Origin: Mobula hypostoma
Lineage: Eukaryota
DNA: 64,000 bases
NCBI RefSeq assembly: GCF_963921235.1
Contig: NC_086108.1
Coordinates: 36,334,001 to 36,398,000 of the forward strand
Direction: 5' to 3'
Part shown: piece by piece, positions 38,743 to 53,834 of the stretch
Position numbering within the stretch: the first letter of the stretch is position 1
How the letters are laid out: each line of letters starts with the position of its first letter
The notes under the pieces: model-generated
Databases searched by the model: none
Told to the model about the DNA's origin: nothing
The model's input: only the letters and a program-made list of their open reading frames with translations
Translations under genes and position numbers: made by a program

Positions 38743-39769
38743 TAAGTTGCATAATTTGGGAAGTATTTTATGTTGTAAAATAAATCTTGAGACTGAAAGT
38801 TGTGAGAGATTGATTGAGTCTATATGAATATAGGCAAATTTTATGGAATTCACACTTCAAATAAATAGAGCCTTTTTTTTGAATCTATGGATTACCCAGG
38901 ACATTACTTTTACATTAGGTTTCTTAACATTTTCATTATGTAGTCGAGGAGTCAAAATAAAGATTAAGCTCCAGGGGGAAAAATCCCAGAAATACTTGGA
39001 AAAATAAGTTGAATCTTATTTTTGTGAAAAGTATGAAAACCAATTTCAACAAAATTTTATACCGTACTTTAAATCACCAGTTATGATGAACGCGTGATTT
39101 TTTTAAAAGAATGTTTATACATTTTTAACCTATAAATACAGGTATTTTTGATAGTATTGATGATGTGGATTATTTAAGCATAATTTATTTATATTTCTGA
39201 GTGCTATGAAGAATATTAAATATAGATGCAGTTCTGAAATATTTGTTCTAGCAAATTAAATGAATTCTGGAAAGTAAATTGATGGATTTCTATGGAATAT
39301 AATTGAAGGATAAATCAGCATGATTAATTGGATTGAATGAGCTTTGAAGTTACAAAATAATGTAACGTGAATTGTCGAATATGCTCAATTTTAAGATAAC
39401 AAACAGGACTGTACAGTTGACTTGTAAAGTATTACAAAATATTATGAAGAGTGCAGTGCAAAAGAAAGACTTAAACCATTGAAGAGATAATCTAAATTGA
39501 CCATTAAAGAATGTAGAAAGGATATTTTCCCTTTAGACAAAGCATTTGTTTCTAATTGAGTTGATTTTACTGTTATAATTCAACTTTTAATAGTTAATCT
39601 GAGTTATTCAGTTTTGGAAGTGTTTTTTGTTAGTGTTGATTATAATTACATGTTGAAACTTAGTATTTAAGGAAGTATAACCTAGATGTTGTTATCTGAG
39701 GACCTGTTGTGAGGTCAATTATCTACAGTGGCAGCTGAGTATTTCTCACAGTCTGGGATTGTATTTCCT

Positions 39770-41050
39770 CTGCAGCTCTGCTCTATCTGCTACAAGCATA
39801 ATTTGCCAGTGGCCAACTATTTTAATTCCTATTCGCATTCGCATTCTGACGTGTTGGTCCCTGGCCTTCTGTTGTGCCAGGATCAGTTCAGTTCAGTTTT
39901 CGTTTATTGTCATTTAGAAATGCATGCATTAAAAAATGATACAACGTTCCTTCAGAATGATATCACAAGAAAACACAGGACAAACCAAGACTAAAGCTGA
40001 CAAAACCACATAATTATAACATATAGTTACAACAGTGCAAAGCAATACCATAATTTGATAAAGAGCAAACCATGGGCACGGTAAAAAGAAAGTCTCAAAG
40101 TCCCGATAGACTCATCATCCCACGCAGGCGGCAGAAGGGAGGAACCCTACCTGCCATGAACCTCCAAACGCCGCCAACTCGCCGATGCAGCACCATTGGA
40201 AGCAGTGGACTCTGAGTCCGTCCGAAAACTTCAAACCTCCGACCAGTCCCTCCGACACAGCCTTTCTGAGCTCCATCCTCTGCCGAGCGCTTCGACCCCG
40301 CCCGCCGAGCAACAAGCAAAGCTGAGGACTCAGGGCCTTCCCCCACCGGAGATTCTGGACCACACAGTAGCAACAGCAGCAGCGAAGCAGGCATTTCAGA
40401 AGTTTCACCAGATGTTCCTCCGTGTTCTCACGTCCGTCTCCATCAAATCAGGATTGTGCGCCCCATCCTACTTGACAAATAACAGACATCACCACCGGAG
40501 TGGCCGCTACGAGCTGCATCGCGCTGCCATCTTCCCACCATCCCACTCTTCCATCTTGTTCACCCACAAGATGAACCCATTCTTAGGGTGGAGGAGCAAC
40601 GCCTCGTATTCTGTCTGGGTAGCCTCCAATCTGATGGCATGAATATTGATTTCTCTTGTCCTATTGTATGTCTTATGGTCTTCCGGTTTTAAAAAAATCC
40701 CTCTCTCTTCCCTCTTCTTCTCTTCCCCACTCTAGCTTTTTACTTCTTCTCACCTTCCCCTGGTGCCCCTCTTCCTTCCCTTTCTCCCAAGGTCCATTCT
40801 TCTCTCCTGTTGGATTCCTTCCTCTCCAGACTTCTACTTTTCCTACTCACATGGCTTTACCTATCACCTTCTAGCTAGTCCTTCCTCCCCTCCTCCCACG
40901 TTTTTAGTCTGGCATCTTCCCCCTTCCTTTCCAGTCTTGAAGAAGGGTCTTGCCTGAAAGGTGAACTGTTTATTCATTTCCATAGGTGCTACCTGGCTGC
41001 CTGACCTACTGAGTTTCAACAGCAGTTTGTGTATATTGCTTTGTATTTCC
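39770..41050 (+). mobile_element. Old Penelope 3' fragment interrupted by a non-autonomous LINE derivative (39884-40535, minus strand)
   Basis: LPVANYFNS.SHSHSD peptide before the insert; 3' terminal region with degenerate HHR after it. Confidence 0.7.
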
Positions 41051-41714
41051 AATGGCCCGTTTAAGTATTTGAACAATAATAAACTGAGTATTTCAGCAAT
41101 GGATGCAATGCCATTAATTAGCAAGATACAAAGAAAGTAGTTTATTTGACAATGCAACAGTTGAGAGATAAAGGTGAAAGTGACATGCAGTATGTAACGA
41201 TTTTCTGTTCATGTCTATTTAACCTTGTTATCAGTTGATTTAATGTTAAGACCATAGATTTTAAAAATACTTTTGGTATCACTGAAATGTTCCCAGTAAT
41301 ATTTCACAATTGCAGGTGGGTAATTGAATTTCATACAGTTAACAGATAAAGTGTTACATGCAATGACATATTGATATTCGAAGCTGAAATCTACAGAAAT
41401 TGTGATGTATTTGCTAATTTTAGGTTTTATAGATAGAAAAGTTTGAGTTAACATTTGCTTTTCTGTGAGTCAATTTCCATAGCCATTCACCCACATTTTC
41501 ATAGTAAGGATCATGGGCAGGATTTCCACCCATGTTAAAATGACTGAATAGGTGAAATCATGAGAAAATTCGGAGAGCAATTGTCCTTTCCCTTACTGAA
41601 GAGTTGAAATAGATCTAAATGTATTTTTTAAGGAAAGATCAGAGAATTTTAAAGTAGGTAAGCTGTTAGAAGGAGCAAAGAAGTAGAATTTGTTTCAGAA
41701 TACTTGTACATGGA

Positions 41715-42725
41715 GTACAAGTCCTGTGACTAGTGGTGTGCCACAGGGATCAGTGCTGGGTCCATTGTTATTTGTCATCTATATCAATGATCTGGATGAT
41801 TATGTGGTAAATTGGATCAGCAAATTTGCTGATGATACAAAGATTTGGAGGTGTAGTAGACAGTGAGGAAGGTTTTCAGAGCCTGCAGAGGGACTTGGAC
41901 CAGCTGGAAAAATGGGCTGAAAAATGGCAGATGGAGTTTAATACAGACAAGTGTGAGGAATTGCATGTTGGAAGGACAAACCAAGGTAGAACATACAGGG
42001 TTAATGGTAAGGCACTGAGGAGTGCAGTGGAACAGAGGGATCTGGGAATACAGATACAAAATTCCCTAAAAGTGGCGTCACAGGTAGATAGGGTCGTAAA
42101 GAGAGGTTTTGGTACATTGGCCTTTATTAAAGTATTGAGTATAAGAGCTGGAATGTTATGATGAGGTTGTATAAGGCATTGGTGAGGCCGAATCTGGAGT
42201 ATTGTGTTCAGTTTTGGTCACCAAATTACAGGAAGGATATAAATAAGGTTGAAAGAGTGCAGAGAAGGTTTACAAGGATGTTGCCAGGACTTGAGAAACT
42301 CAGTTACAGAGAAAGGTTGAATAGGTTAGGACTTTATTCCCTGGAGCATAGAAGAATGAGGGGAGATTTGATAGAGGTATATAAAATTATGATGGGTATA
42401 GATAGAGTGAATGCAAGCAGGCTTTTTCCACTGAGGCAAGGGGAGAAAAAAACCAGAGGACATGGGTTAAGGGTGAGGGGGGAAGAGTTTAAAGGGAACA
42501 TTAGGAGGGGCTTCTTCACACAGAGAGTGGTGGGAGTATGGAATGAGCTGCCAGACGAGGTGGTAAATGCGAGTTCTTTTTTAACATTTAAGAATAAATT
42601 GCACAGATACATGGGTGGGAGGTGTATGGAGGGATATGGTCCGTGTGCAGGTCAGTGGGACTAGGCAGAAAATGGTTCGGCCCAGCCAAGAAGGGCCAAA
42701 AGGCCTGTTTCTGTGCTTCTATGGA
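41715..42725 (+). mobile_element. CR1 LINE 3' fragment
   Basis: gtgccacagggatcagtgctggg (VPQGSVLG), FADDT and LYKALVRPNLEYC motifs. Confidence 0.9.
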
Positions 42726-43815
42726 GTAAATGACTTGTTGCTGTTCTATTTCTTTAGAGAAAGCATACAACATTTTAGGTTTGCTTTTGACATATAAAGG
42801 TAGCAGTCATTCTTCTCATGTTGCTAAAACATTTGTCATTGGCGAACAAAGCTCCTTTGAAGGCAGTTCCTTGAATTGTAGTTCACCAAGAATTGTTCTT
42901 CTCAAGAATCGAACTTTTTCAGTCAGAAAACAGATAGCCTGTAACCTCCCACATAGGACTGAATGTCTTGTCTTTGGACTCACAGGACCACTTGTACAAC
43001 CTTTTAGAATAATCCTAATTTTTTTTAAGGAAAATAATTACTATGCCATAAATTTATCTTCAATTTTGAAAAGATGTACGAACTCTACCACAAATGACAT
43101 ACAGCATACCCCTTCATTCTTCATGATAATGTAACTTATTAGGTAACATTGTAATTTAGAGGTTATATATGTATTGGATTTTTGTGTGTCCTTTATTTAA
43201 GAAATCAATGATTCCTCCAATTGGGGATCTGTATAAAACTTGATAAGTGCAGGTAATCTGCTTAAAATGAAACCACAGTCTTAATTTTCTAAAATTGGAA
43301 GTTATTGAAGTATTTTCTACTTACTCTGCTTATATTGTTTCAAAAGTTTCAAAGGTACATTTAATGTCAGAGAAATATATACAATATACATCCTGAAATT
43401 CTTTTTCTTCTACACATGCGCTATGTGTTCCTGGTTTCACAGAAGCAGCTGTAGATTTTCTGTATGTAATCCCATTTTTGTCTTCCTGATGGCATGGGAA
43501 AGCACAGCTCTTGCTGCACCCCCCCCCCCCCAAACTGATGACAGCATATCGTTCTATCACCGGTGCCCAGAACTCTGTTATCAATCAGTGCGTTCAAAAC
43601 AATCCCATTGCACTGAGGTGACTCCTGACCAAACTTTTTTTTCCCTTTTGTTTGATAGCAACATGAATGAGGTTGGTTGAGTTTGGAAGTGTAATCCAGA
43701 TGTGTAGAGGAAATCAATTTTGCTGGGACAGTAGGTGGAATTGGTCAGAAGTAGCAAGAAACAGAAAAGCAAGTGAGTGGCCTATTCCTAGAAAGAAACT
43801 ACCTATTTTGGAACT

Positions 43816-44583
43816 CCGTGGATTATGGTTAATTGGTACACATGGGGACCAGTTTATTTTGGCCCAATTAAGCCGCTGACCCAATTAGCTGAAGTTTCAT
43901 GAAAATAGTTGAAAGGTATAAAAAAGACAAACTACCATTTCAGTGAGCAACCATTTATGTATTTAAATAAAATACTGACAACTTCGAACATTGCCAATAT
44001 CTCTACAGTACTATAAAACAGCATATTCATACCAATTTGTTATTGATGGGGGAATTCATCTGCCAAGTTCTTTTGATTGACTGTAATGAATTAAATCAAT
44101 GCAGTCACCTAGTGCAGATAATGGACTGCCTTCAGGCAATGTTTTAGATGGTAATATCTTCCAAATCTTCATTTTTATTGTAATACTCAAAATGATTGTC
44201 AATACCTTCAAATTTATTGTAGTTCCTACCTTGTTGAAGTAGTGAAATCATTTTATTTTCACTCCTGGCCATTTCTGGCATCTCTAAGCCTGAATGCTTA
44301 GAACTGCAATGATCAGAACAGTTGTGAATTGTCTTACTGCTCATTTCTCGCCATCTTTCAGTGACAAACATCACTGCTGTTTGAACACTGACAAACGCAA
44401 CTGACGCTATTTAAAAATTGTCTGCTGTAAGCACTGTGTAGGGTCTAACAGCCAGCTAAGTGCACGTGACTGATGCTAGTTAGAAACTGTTTGGCAACAG
44501 TCTCCTATCCCAATTAACTGGCATAGTGTCCCAAATAAACAGCTGCCATGATTAACTGATGGCCCGATTAACTGAATCCACTG
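43816..44583. mobile_element. pogo/Tigger-type non-autonomous element
   Basis: Ends ccgtggattatggttaatt / gattaactgaatccactg|TA. Confidence 0.6.
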
Positions 44584-47500
44584 TATGTTAAAAAAAATTA
44601 ACCAAATTTCTTCCTGACCTACTTTTATAAGCATTATTTTCTAGCCCTGTCAGTTAAGGAAAATCGCTGTTGATCCATGACTTTTTGGAAACTGTTTTAA
44701 GATGTGAAATTATCACAAGGTTACTATTAGTTGGTAATGTGTTCCCAACATTATAATATTTTTATTGACAGCATACGTGAGGAAGATCCTTACTTGATAA
44801 TAAGGTGTATTGTGATGTCAATACAGCAGTGTGTATAGAAATATATGACTATACACCTGTTACATGTAGATATATGTCATATACTTGAAAATGTAGATTA
44901 AGGAATACTATAATACTGATTACTTGAATGAAATGGACCATATAACCATCACTTTGGTACAAGTTCATTTTTATATCTTGGATATGAAGTCTCAATGTTA
45001 GTGAATAAAGTAAGCTTGGTTGGCATAAAAATTTAAGAAATACAGGGAGGTTTAGCCACCTGGCCTGTCAAACCTACCCCGTCAAGCAATATTATCATGG
45101 CTGATTAAGCTGTGGACTCAGCTCCATCTACCCATCTTGTCCCCATAACTCTTAATTGCCCAACAATGCAAAAATATACATTTAATGAGGTAACCTCTAC
45201 TGCTTCCTTGGGCAGAGGATTCCACAGATTCACAGCTCTCTGGGAGAGCAGTTCCTTCTGAGATCTGTCCTAAGTTCTGTAGAATCTATAGTATTTTATA
45301 ACTTAAAACAATAGTCATGAATCAATTATTAAAACAACATACCATCTCAGTATGACAGTTGAGGTCAACAATAATATATGTATTAATAAATAATGGTGTA
45401 ACTAGATTGTGCTGCAGTTTGGAATGAAAATAATTTAGAAGATTAGTTTACATGGCATTGATAAATGAAACTGTTGTCTTGGCAGAGTTTATAGTGCATG
45501 TTGAGATAAATGTCATGATATTTCATTGAAAGATTAACTTGTAAAATGTGCATTAATTTTTTAATCAATACACAATCTAATACATTTTGATTTAGATCAT
45601 TAAAAAGATTTTTTGAGCTCTAGTTATGGAGTGTAGCAGATTCATATCTACTGGAACATTTTACTTGACAATATACAGATAAATGTTTAAAATTCTAAAG
45701 GCAAGAACAGACACTGGAGTTTCTTTTTACTTTGGATGAAATTTATTTGCTGAAATGCAAAATCAGGTTTTGGAAGCACTTCCATTCATTGTTTTTTTTT
45801 CCGGAGATGTTGCGTAAGAAATCTGATGTATAACAGAATACTGCTATATACATTTAGTAATGTAGGGGTTTTTAATTATATGTGATGTAAAAACTCACAC
45901 AATAGCTAGTCAAACTATTTGTTTCTGCTTGAGTGTGACTTGCTGCATCCATTTGTCTGGTCAAGATCTTAAAGAAATTGTAATTTACCGATGCAAATGA
46001 AACTTTTATGCAAACTGTAGTGTCTAGATTTCAGTAAATGAGGTTGAAATTTGATGACTAGTAGGGATATATTTTCATACCAGATAACGTAAGAAACCAG
46101 TTGAAGAACAAAACCTGGAGGAACAAACAAAACAATAAATTATATATGAGGCATTTCTCTACCACCAATATGAGACTAAATGTGTCAAGACAAATGTGCC
46201 TATTGGAACTTGATTCTTATACCAGTTACAAAAGTTAATCAGTATAACCGACCCAGTTATTAAGCATGAAAAAATTGCAGATTGTGCAGTTAAAGGCTTT
46301 GGAAAAATGCAGGTTGAACTCAGATCAAATCAAGAAGCTGAAATAATTTAAAAGAATGAAATCAGCAGGGTAGTTGGTAGCACAGTGATAATACTGAATT
46401 GAGCCAAGACCAGACATTCTTTAGAAAGACGGTGTTTAGAATATATTACCAAGCAAATCAAGAGTAGAGGTAGGCTACTAAAGCCCCTGCCGTTCAATAG
46501 GATCATGGCTGATTTGACTGTAATCTCAAGTTTCCATTCCAATCTATCAGCAGTAACCTACTAACCTTGCTTATGAAGAACCTATCTATTTCTGCCTTGA
46601 AATTAATTACAGTCTCTATCCACTGCACTTATTGAAAAGAATAACAAGGATTCATGGCCCAAAGTGAGCAAGTATCTTTAATCTCTGTCTTAAGTGTTTA
46701 TTATTTATTAAATAAAGTCTCTCTGTATTTTTAAGTATTAACACCTTAGTATAGATTCTTCCTCAAGAAAACACCTTCTTCAAATCCATCCTGTCAAGAT
46801 CCTGCAGGTCTTTATGTAATTCAGTCATCACCTCTCAATCTTATGAACTCCACTGGATACAAGTTTGGAAAGATCCAGACTTTCCTCATAAGACAACCTG
46901 CCCATTTCAGGTTTAGGGCTAGATGATCTTCACTGAATTGGTTCCAATTAGCTTTCCTTTTCTCTTGCATAATTTCACAGATGATATACTATTTTGAATA
47001 TCCTTATGTAATCAGTTTTCAACCAGTTTTGTAGTTTTCAGATATCTTTTACAATTCTGCCTGTCTTTCCTGTAGGCTTAAAGAACCTATTTTCCAGTGG
47101 TCTAATGCACCGATGCTTCTTGCTTCATGGTATTCCTGCATCTTACTTCCTTCTCCTGTAGGTTATAATTTACTATTCGTTCCAAACAAATATTAGTATG
47201 CTACTTCGTGTACTCACTGCTTTGGTGAATCACATCTGTTGCAGGCTTTTTGCTTTACGCACTGGACCACTAATCTTTGTATTTCAGGAAAATCCTCCGA
47301 AAAACACTAACACCCAGCTGCCCTCTTTACACCCTCCCCCCACCATCCATCCCAAGGATTTAATGCACACTACATCCCACTAATACTACTTCCATATCTT
47401 GGAAGTCATTTCTAATATGTTCAAACCCAAGCACACTTACTATATTCTAGACCCCTTAACTCTTTTTTTGCACTCTCAACCATATTTGTACCTCTACCAA

Positions 47501-47724
47501 GCTCTGTCTTCTCCTTTCTCATGCTACCTGCTGGGGGTGTCACTTTCATTAATGCCCTGAATGTGTTTCTTCATGTGTTACTGAATTATAATTAGAAAAT
47601 CACTGCAAATATTTAACTGATTTTAACTGTTCATATCTTTGCAATTAAAAAAATAAAATCTATGTTGCACAGTGATCTAAAATCTCCAGATATATGCACA
47701 TGATATGAGGCTGGTTATAGAAGG

Positions 47725-50310
47725 ACAACATAAAAATCCTGGAGATTCTTAGCAGGTTGGACATCATTTATGGAAGGAGATAAACAGAGGACATTTTGGA
47801 CTGAGACTAGTAAAGGCATCCATTAGTCTTGTGAGACCATGGATCTGCGCTTGGAAAGTCATCACTCTCTAGGTTACAGGCGTGGGCAAGGTTGTACGGG
47901 AGACCAGCAGTTGCCCATGCTGCAAGTCTCCCCTCTCCACGACACCGATATTGTCCAAGGGAAGGGCATTAGGACCCATACAGCTTGGCACCAGTGTGGT
48001 TGCAGAGCAATGTGTGATTAAGTGCCTTGCTCAAGGACACAACACGTTCCCTCGGCTGGGGCTCGAACTCACGACCTGCAGGTCACTCGTCCAACGCCTT
48101 AACCACTTGGCCACATGACTGAGACTAAAACCTAGAAAAAATATCGGAAGTAGAAAGAGGCCAGAATAAAAGGGTGAGGGAGGGGAGGAGCACAAGCAGA
48201 CAGGTGATGTCAGATGAAAGGGAGAAAGATAAGTGGGAGAGATGGGGGAGAGGAAATAATGTGAGAATCTGCATTGGAGATGACCAAAATGGGATATGAG
48301 GTGCTGTTCCACTAGTCTGTGTCTAGTATTGTGGGAATGGTTTTGGGGGCAGTGCAGGAAGTTAAGAGACAGGTTAGGGTTTAAGGATAGGGATGAGAGC
48401 AGTTAACGATCGGGGCAGTAAATGAAGAGTCGCTGGTGAACAGGTCAGCGAGTCCAGGGATCAGATGTCCATGTGGACTGGAGGCACAGCACAGGTGACA
48501 CTCCAGGTTTGCGAGTCCCAGGCTTGGAGTCTGTGCAAGTCCAGAGTTTGTGATCCGGGCTTCAAATTCCTGTGATCAGCAGGACTTGGGGTCAATACCA
48601 AAGGCCGAAGCCTGAAATCCAAGACTGAAATTGGTGAATCCAGAAGTGAGGCTCGATGGTCAAAGTCCCTGGCTTGACATGTTTCTGTGTCGGGACCCGA
48701 TGACTGCAAGTCCAGGCCAGGAACTGGGCGTTGGAGACAGCCTGTCCTGGGTTATGTGTGAGTGAGTGGGTGGTTGGGAAGTAGGAAAAGGGTTTGTTTT
48801 TTGTTGTTATTATGTTTTATTGCTGGTGTTTTGTTGTTGTTGCTTGTGTTCTTTCGCTGAACATTGTGGGCATGCTGTGTTAGTGACAGAATACGTAGCA
48901 GCGCTTGTCAGGTGCCCCAGCATACCCTTAGGTTGTGTTGGTTGTTAATGTAAATGACACATTTTACTGTGTGTTTCATTGTACATGTGATAAATAAATA
49001 CATCTAAACCTAAGTTTGGCAGTACAGGAGGCTGTGGACAAAAGTGTCAGTGTAGGTATGGGAAGTGGAATTAAGTTGTCCGGCCACTGAGAGATCCTGG
49101 CTGATGAGGCAAACAGCTTGAAGGTGTGTGACGCAGTGACCTTCTCTGCCTCCCCAACCCCCCCATTCCCTCTCCAGTTGCATTGGGGCTCCCCAGTGTA
49201 GCACAGGTCACACTCGGAGCATAGAATCTAGAAAGTGATACTAATGATTTACACAGGAAGTGCTGCCTCACTAGAAGAACTGTTTAGGCCTCTGAATGGT
49301 GCTGAGAAAGAAACTGTAGGAACAGGTGTGATATTTGAGACAGTTCAGGCATAAATGCCTCGGGGAGTGGAATTGGTGGGGCAGGAGGAAAGGACAAGAG
49401 ATTTGCAGAGAAAGAGATTCATCCAATAAGTGAAGGTGGGGGCGGGGGGAGAGATGTATCTGGTGGTGGGATCATGTTGGCGATGCAGGAAGTTGTGAAG
49501 AACGATGTGTTGGATGTGGAAACTCGTGTAATGGTAGGTGTGAAGAAGGGGAACCTATCTCTATTACGTAGGGTGGGCAAGTGGTGCGAGGGCAGATGTG
49601 GAAAAGATGCGAATGACATCTGCATTTATAGCAGTGGAGGGGAAACCCTGTTTCCTGGGGAAAAAATGACATTTTGGATGTCCTGGAATGGGAAGTCTCA
49701 TTATAAAAACAGATGTGGCAGAGATAAAGGAAATAACAGAAGGTGGTAGCATCCTTGCAAATGACGTGATAAGAAGAGCTGTAGTCAAGGTAACTGGAAG
49801 TCATTTGGTTTGTAAACAATGTCAGTAGATAATCTGTTGGTGAGACCCATTACACATTAGGGAATTGCTTCATTAGGTACCTTCACCCTGTCTGCCGTAA
49901 CAGCCAGAATCTCCTGGTGGCCAGCTGTTATAATTCCACTTCCCATTCATGCATTGATGTGTATACCAATGGCCTACTTTACTGCCAGGTTGTGGCTAGA
50001 CACACACTAGAGGAACAAAACAAAACTTCATGTTTTGTCATGGTAGTCTCCAACCTGACGGTATCTAGCTTCCATTAACCACTCCCTTCTGCCTCCCCTC
50101 CCCCTTTTGTGTTGTCTTATCTCTCTGACCCAAATACTTCTTTTTCCTCTACCCCACCCTGATAACTTGCCCATCCGCCACATCTTCCTCCCTCTGCTTT
50201 CCCACCTCCTTCCTTTTATCCTATAATCCACTGCCCTGTTCTATCAGATTTTATCTTCCTTAGCCCTTTGCCTCTTCCACCCATCACCTCCCAGCTTCTT
50301 GCATCAATGA
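47725..50310. mobile_element. Old, diverged inverted Penelope (minus arm ~47725-49840, plus arm ~49840-50310) with nested SINE and another insert (~48330-49010)
   Basis: Minus: SYLDYSSSY.VICKDA and MEQHLIS peptides; plus: GIY-YIG-like tggtgagaccc...ctagaggaacaa. Confidence 0.6.
47810..48116 (-). mobile_element. tRNA-derived SINE with TSD
   Basis: A box tggccaagtgg, B box gttcgagcc; TSD gactgagacta at 47799-47809 and 48117-48127. Confidence 0.85.
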
Positions 50311-51162
50311 ACAAAAATAGACTATGTGTCAGTGCTTTTGCTGGAGCAAATACGGGGGAGGGTTGATGCTTGTGCTGCTGCTTATTTGTGGGAGAGGGAG
50401 GGGGACGGGTGCTTTGGGGTACTGAATTTTCTATCATTCTTTGGGTCTTTTCTGTTTTGTGGATGTCTGCAAAAAGTAAGAATTTTAGGTTCTATACTGT
50501 ACATTCTCTAATGTTAAACCATTGAATCCTCATCTGTCATTTTTCATGTAAACACTTTGCTTGCGAAGGGGGCTGTGATGGATAGATTAATGAAGGTATC
50601 ATTGTGAATGCAGGAAGAATAGGGATTGTGAACAGGGTTAGGAGCAGCATAGTTAGAAACGAGTGATTGTCAGGAAGGAATTCTGAATTTGCTATTGGTG
50701 TTGATCAAATGGAGATACTGAATACAGTTCACTATGTGAGGAAGGACTGGGCATTAAAAAGATACAGGAAAGGATAAATAAATTGACAGCTGCAATTATG
50801 CAAGTGATCTGTGAGGCAAGGTTAGAGAAGCTTTGGCAAATAAAAGTTAAATATCATGATTGCTGACATTTCTGGGTGTGATTTATTTTTGTTGTATGCA
50901 CTTCCTCAGTTCCCTTAAGCTGCTTAACCCTGTTGATCTTTTAGTAATAAACTGAAGAAGAACTTTGCTGCTATTGATAATGACCCTCCCTTTTGTTCTT
51001 ACTTGGAGGGAGATCAAATTAATCCAAGTTTGCATTGAAGTCTGAAATTGTAATAGAAAAACGCAAACAACAGGAATTCTGCAGATGCTGGAAATTCAAG
51101 CAACACACATCAAAGTTGCTGGTGAACGCAGCAGGCCAGGCAGCATCTATAGGAAGAGGTGC

Positions 51163-51198
51163 AGTCGACGTTTCAGGCCGAGACCCTTCGTCAGGACT
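51163..51198 (-). ncRNA. Minimal hammerhead motif (mirror copy, intact)
   Basis: Exact reverse complement of 54133-54168. Confidence 0.8.
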
Positions 51199-51928
51199 AA
51201 CTGAAGGAAGAGTGAGTAAGGGATTAGAAAGCTGGAGGGGGAGATGCAAAATGATAGGAGAAGACAGGAGGGGGAGGGATGGAGCCGAGAGCTGGACAGG
51301 TGATAGGCAGAAGGGGATACGAGAGGATCATGGGACAGGAGGTCCGGGAAGAAAGACGGGGGGGTGGGGGTGACCCAGAGGATGGGCAAGAGGTATATTC
51401 AGAGGGACAGAGGGAGAAAAAGGAGAGTGAGAGAAAGAATGTGTGCATAAAAAAGAGTAACAGATGGGGTACGAGGGGGAGGTGGGCCTAGCGGAAGTTA
51501 GAGAAGTCAATGTTCATGCCATCAGGTTGGAGGCTACCCAGACGGAATATAAGGTGTTGTTCCTCCAACCTGAGTGTGACTTCATCTTTACAGTAGAGGA
51601 GGCCGTGGATAGACATGTCAGAATGGGAATGGGATGTGGAATTAAAATGTGTGGCCACTGGGAGATCCTGCTTTCTCTGGCGGACAGAGCGTAGATGTTC
51701 AGCAAAGCGGTCTCCCAGTCTGCGTCGGGTCTCACCAATATATAAAAGGCCACATCGGGAGCACCGGACGCAGTATATCACCCCAGTCGACTCACAGGTG
51801 AAGTGATGCCTCACCTGGAAGGACTGTTTGGGGCCCTGTGTAGCACTTGTTCCGCTTACACGGATAAGTGCCAGGAGGGAGATCAGTGGGGAGGGATGGG
51901 GGGGACGAATGGACAAGGGAGTTGTGTA

Positions 51929-53834
51929 CGGGACATCAACCGTCTCGACTTCACTGCACCTTGTCCCCATTCCAACCTCACTCCTTCGGAACGCTCTGCT
52001 CTCCACTCCCTCCGCACTAATCCTAACATTATTATTAAACCCGCTGATAAAGGGGGTGCTGTTGTAGTCTGGCGTACTGACCTCTACCTTGCCGAGGCAC
52101 AGCGACAACTCGCGGATACCTCCTCTTATTTACCCCTCGATCGTGACCCCACTAAGGAGCACCAGGCCATTGTCTCCCACACTATCAACGACTTTATCCG
52201 CTCAGGGGATCTCCCATCCACTGCTACCAACCTTATAGTTCCCACACCCCGCACTTCCCGTTTCTACCTCCTACCCAAGATCCACAAACCTGCCTGTCCT
52301 GGCCGACCTATTGTCTCAGCTTGCTCCTGCCCCACCGAACTCGTTTCTGCATACCTCGACACTGTTTTATCACCCCTTGTTCAATCCCTTCCGACCTATG
52401 TTCGTGACACTTCTCACGCTCTTAAACTTTTCGATGATTTTAAGTTCCCTGGCCCCCACCGCTTTATTTTCACCATGGATGTCCAGTCCCTATATACTTC
52501 CATCCCCCATCAGGAAGGTCTCAAAGCTCTACGCTTCTTTTTGGATTCCAGACCTAATCAGTTCCCCTCTACCACCACTCTGCTCCGTCTAGCAGAATTA
52601 GTCCTTACTCTTAATAATTTCTCCTTTTGCTCCTCCCATTTCCTCCAAACTAAAGGTGTAGCTTTGGGCACCCGTATGGGTCCTAGCTATGCCTGCCTTT
52701 TTAGTTGGGTTTGTGGAACAATCTATGTTCCGTGCCTATTCTGGTATCTGTCCCCCACTTTTCCTTCGCTACATCGACGACTGCATTGGCGCTGCTTCCT
52801 GCACGCATGCAGAACTCGTTGACTTTATTAACTTTGCCTCCAACTTTCACCCTGCCCTCAAGTTTACCTGGTCCATTTCCGACACCTCCCTCCCCTTTCT
52901 AGATCTTTCTGTCTCTGTCTCTGGAGACAGCTTATCCACTGATGTCTACTATAAGCCTACTGACTCTCACAGCTATCTGGACTATTCCTCTTCTCACCCT
53001 GTCTCTTGCAAAAATGCCATCCCCTTCTCGCAATTCCTCCGTCTCCGCCGCATCTGCTCTCAGGATGAGGCTTTTCATTCTAGGACGAGGGAGATGTCTT
53101 CCTTTTTTAAAGAAAGGGGCTTCCCTTCCTCCACTATCAACTCTGCTCTTAAATGCATCTCCCCCATTTCACGTACATCTGCTCTCACTCCATCCTCCCA
53201 CCACCCCACTAGGAATAGGGTTCCCCTGGTCCTCACCTACCACCCCACCAGCCTCCGGGTGCAACATATTATTCTCCGTAACTTCCGCCACCTCCAACGG
53301 GATCCCACCACTAAGCATATCTTTCCCTCCCCCCCCCTCTGCATTCCGCAGGGATCGCTCCCTACACAACTCCCTTGTCCATTCGTCCCCCCCATCCCTC
53401 CCCACTAATCTCCCTCCTGGCACTTATCCGTGTAAGCGGAACAAGTGCTACACATGCCCTTACACTTCCTCCCTTACCACCATTCAGGGCCCCAAACAGT
53501 CCTTCCAGGTGAGGCATCACTTCACCTGTGAGTCGACTGGGGTGATATACTGCGTCCGGTGCTCCCGATGTGGCCTTTTATATATTGGTGAGACCCGACG
53601 CAGACTGGGAGACCGCTTTGCTGAACATCTACGCTCTGTCCGCCAGAGAAAGCAGGATCTCCCAGTGGCCACACATTTTAATTCCACATCCCATTCCCAT
53701 TCTGACATGTCTATCCACGGCCTCCTCTACTGTAAAGATGAAGCCACACTCAGGTTGGAGGAACAACACCTTATATTCCGTATGGGTAGCCTTAACCTGA
53801 TGGCATGAACATTGACTTCTCTAACTTCCGCTAG
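51929..53834 (+). pseudogene. Penelope-like RT + GIY-YIG endonuclease ORF, 5'-truncated, about three frameshifts
   Basis: KPADKGG, FYLLPKIHK, GRPIVS, MDVQSLYTSIPH, RYIDD, Cys-rich linker CKRNKCYTC, and VIYCVRCSRCGLLYIGET...RFAEH. Confidence 0.93.

Noticed and set aside
47810..48116. tRNA genes here and at 35167 and 37480
   Set aside because: The tRNA-like heads continue into SINE bodies with tails or TSDs; no complete cloverleaf
51488..52108. 206-aa minus-strand ORF ending in an intact GIY-YIG domain, as a separate nuclease gene
   Set aside because: Chimeric read-through across the inversion junction; its N-terminus is antisense RT sequence
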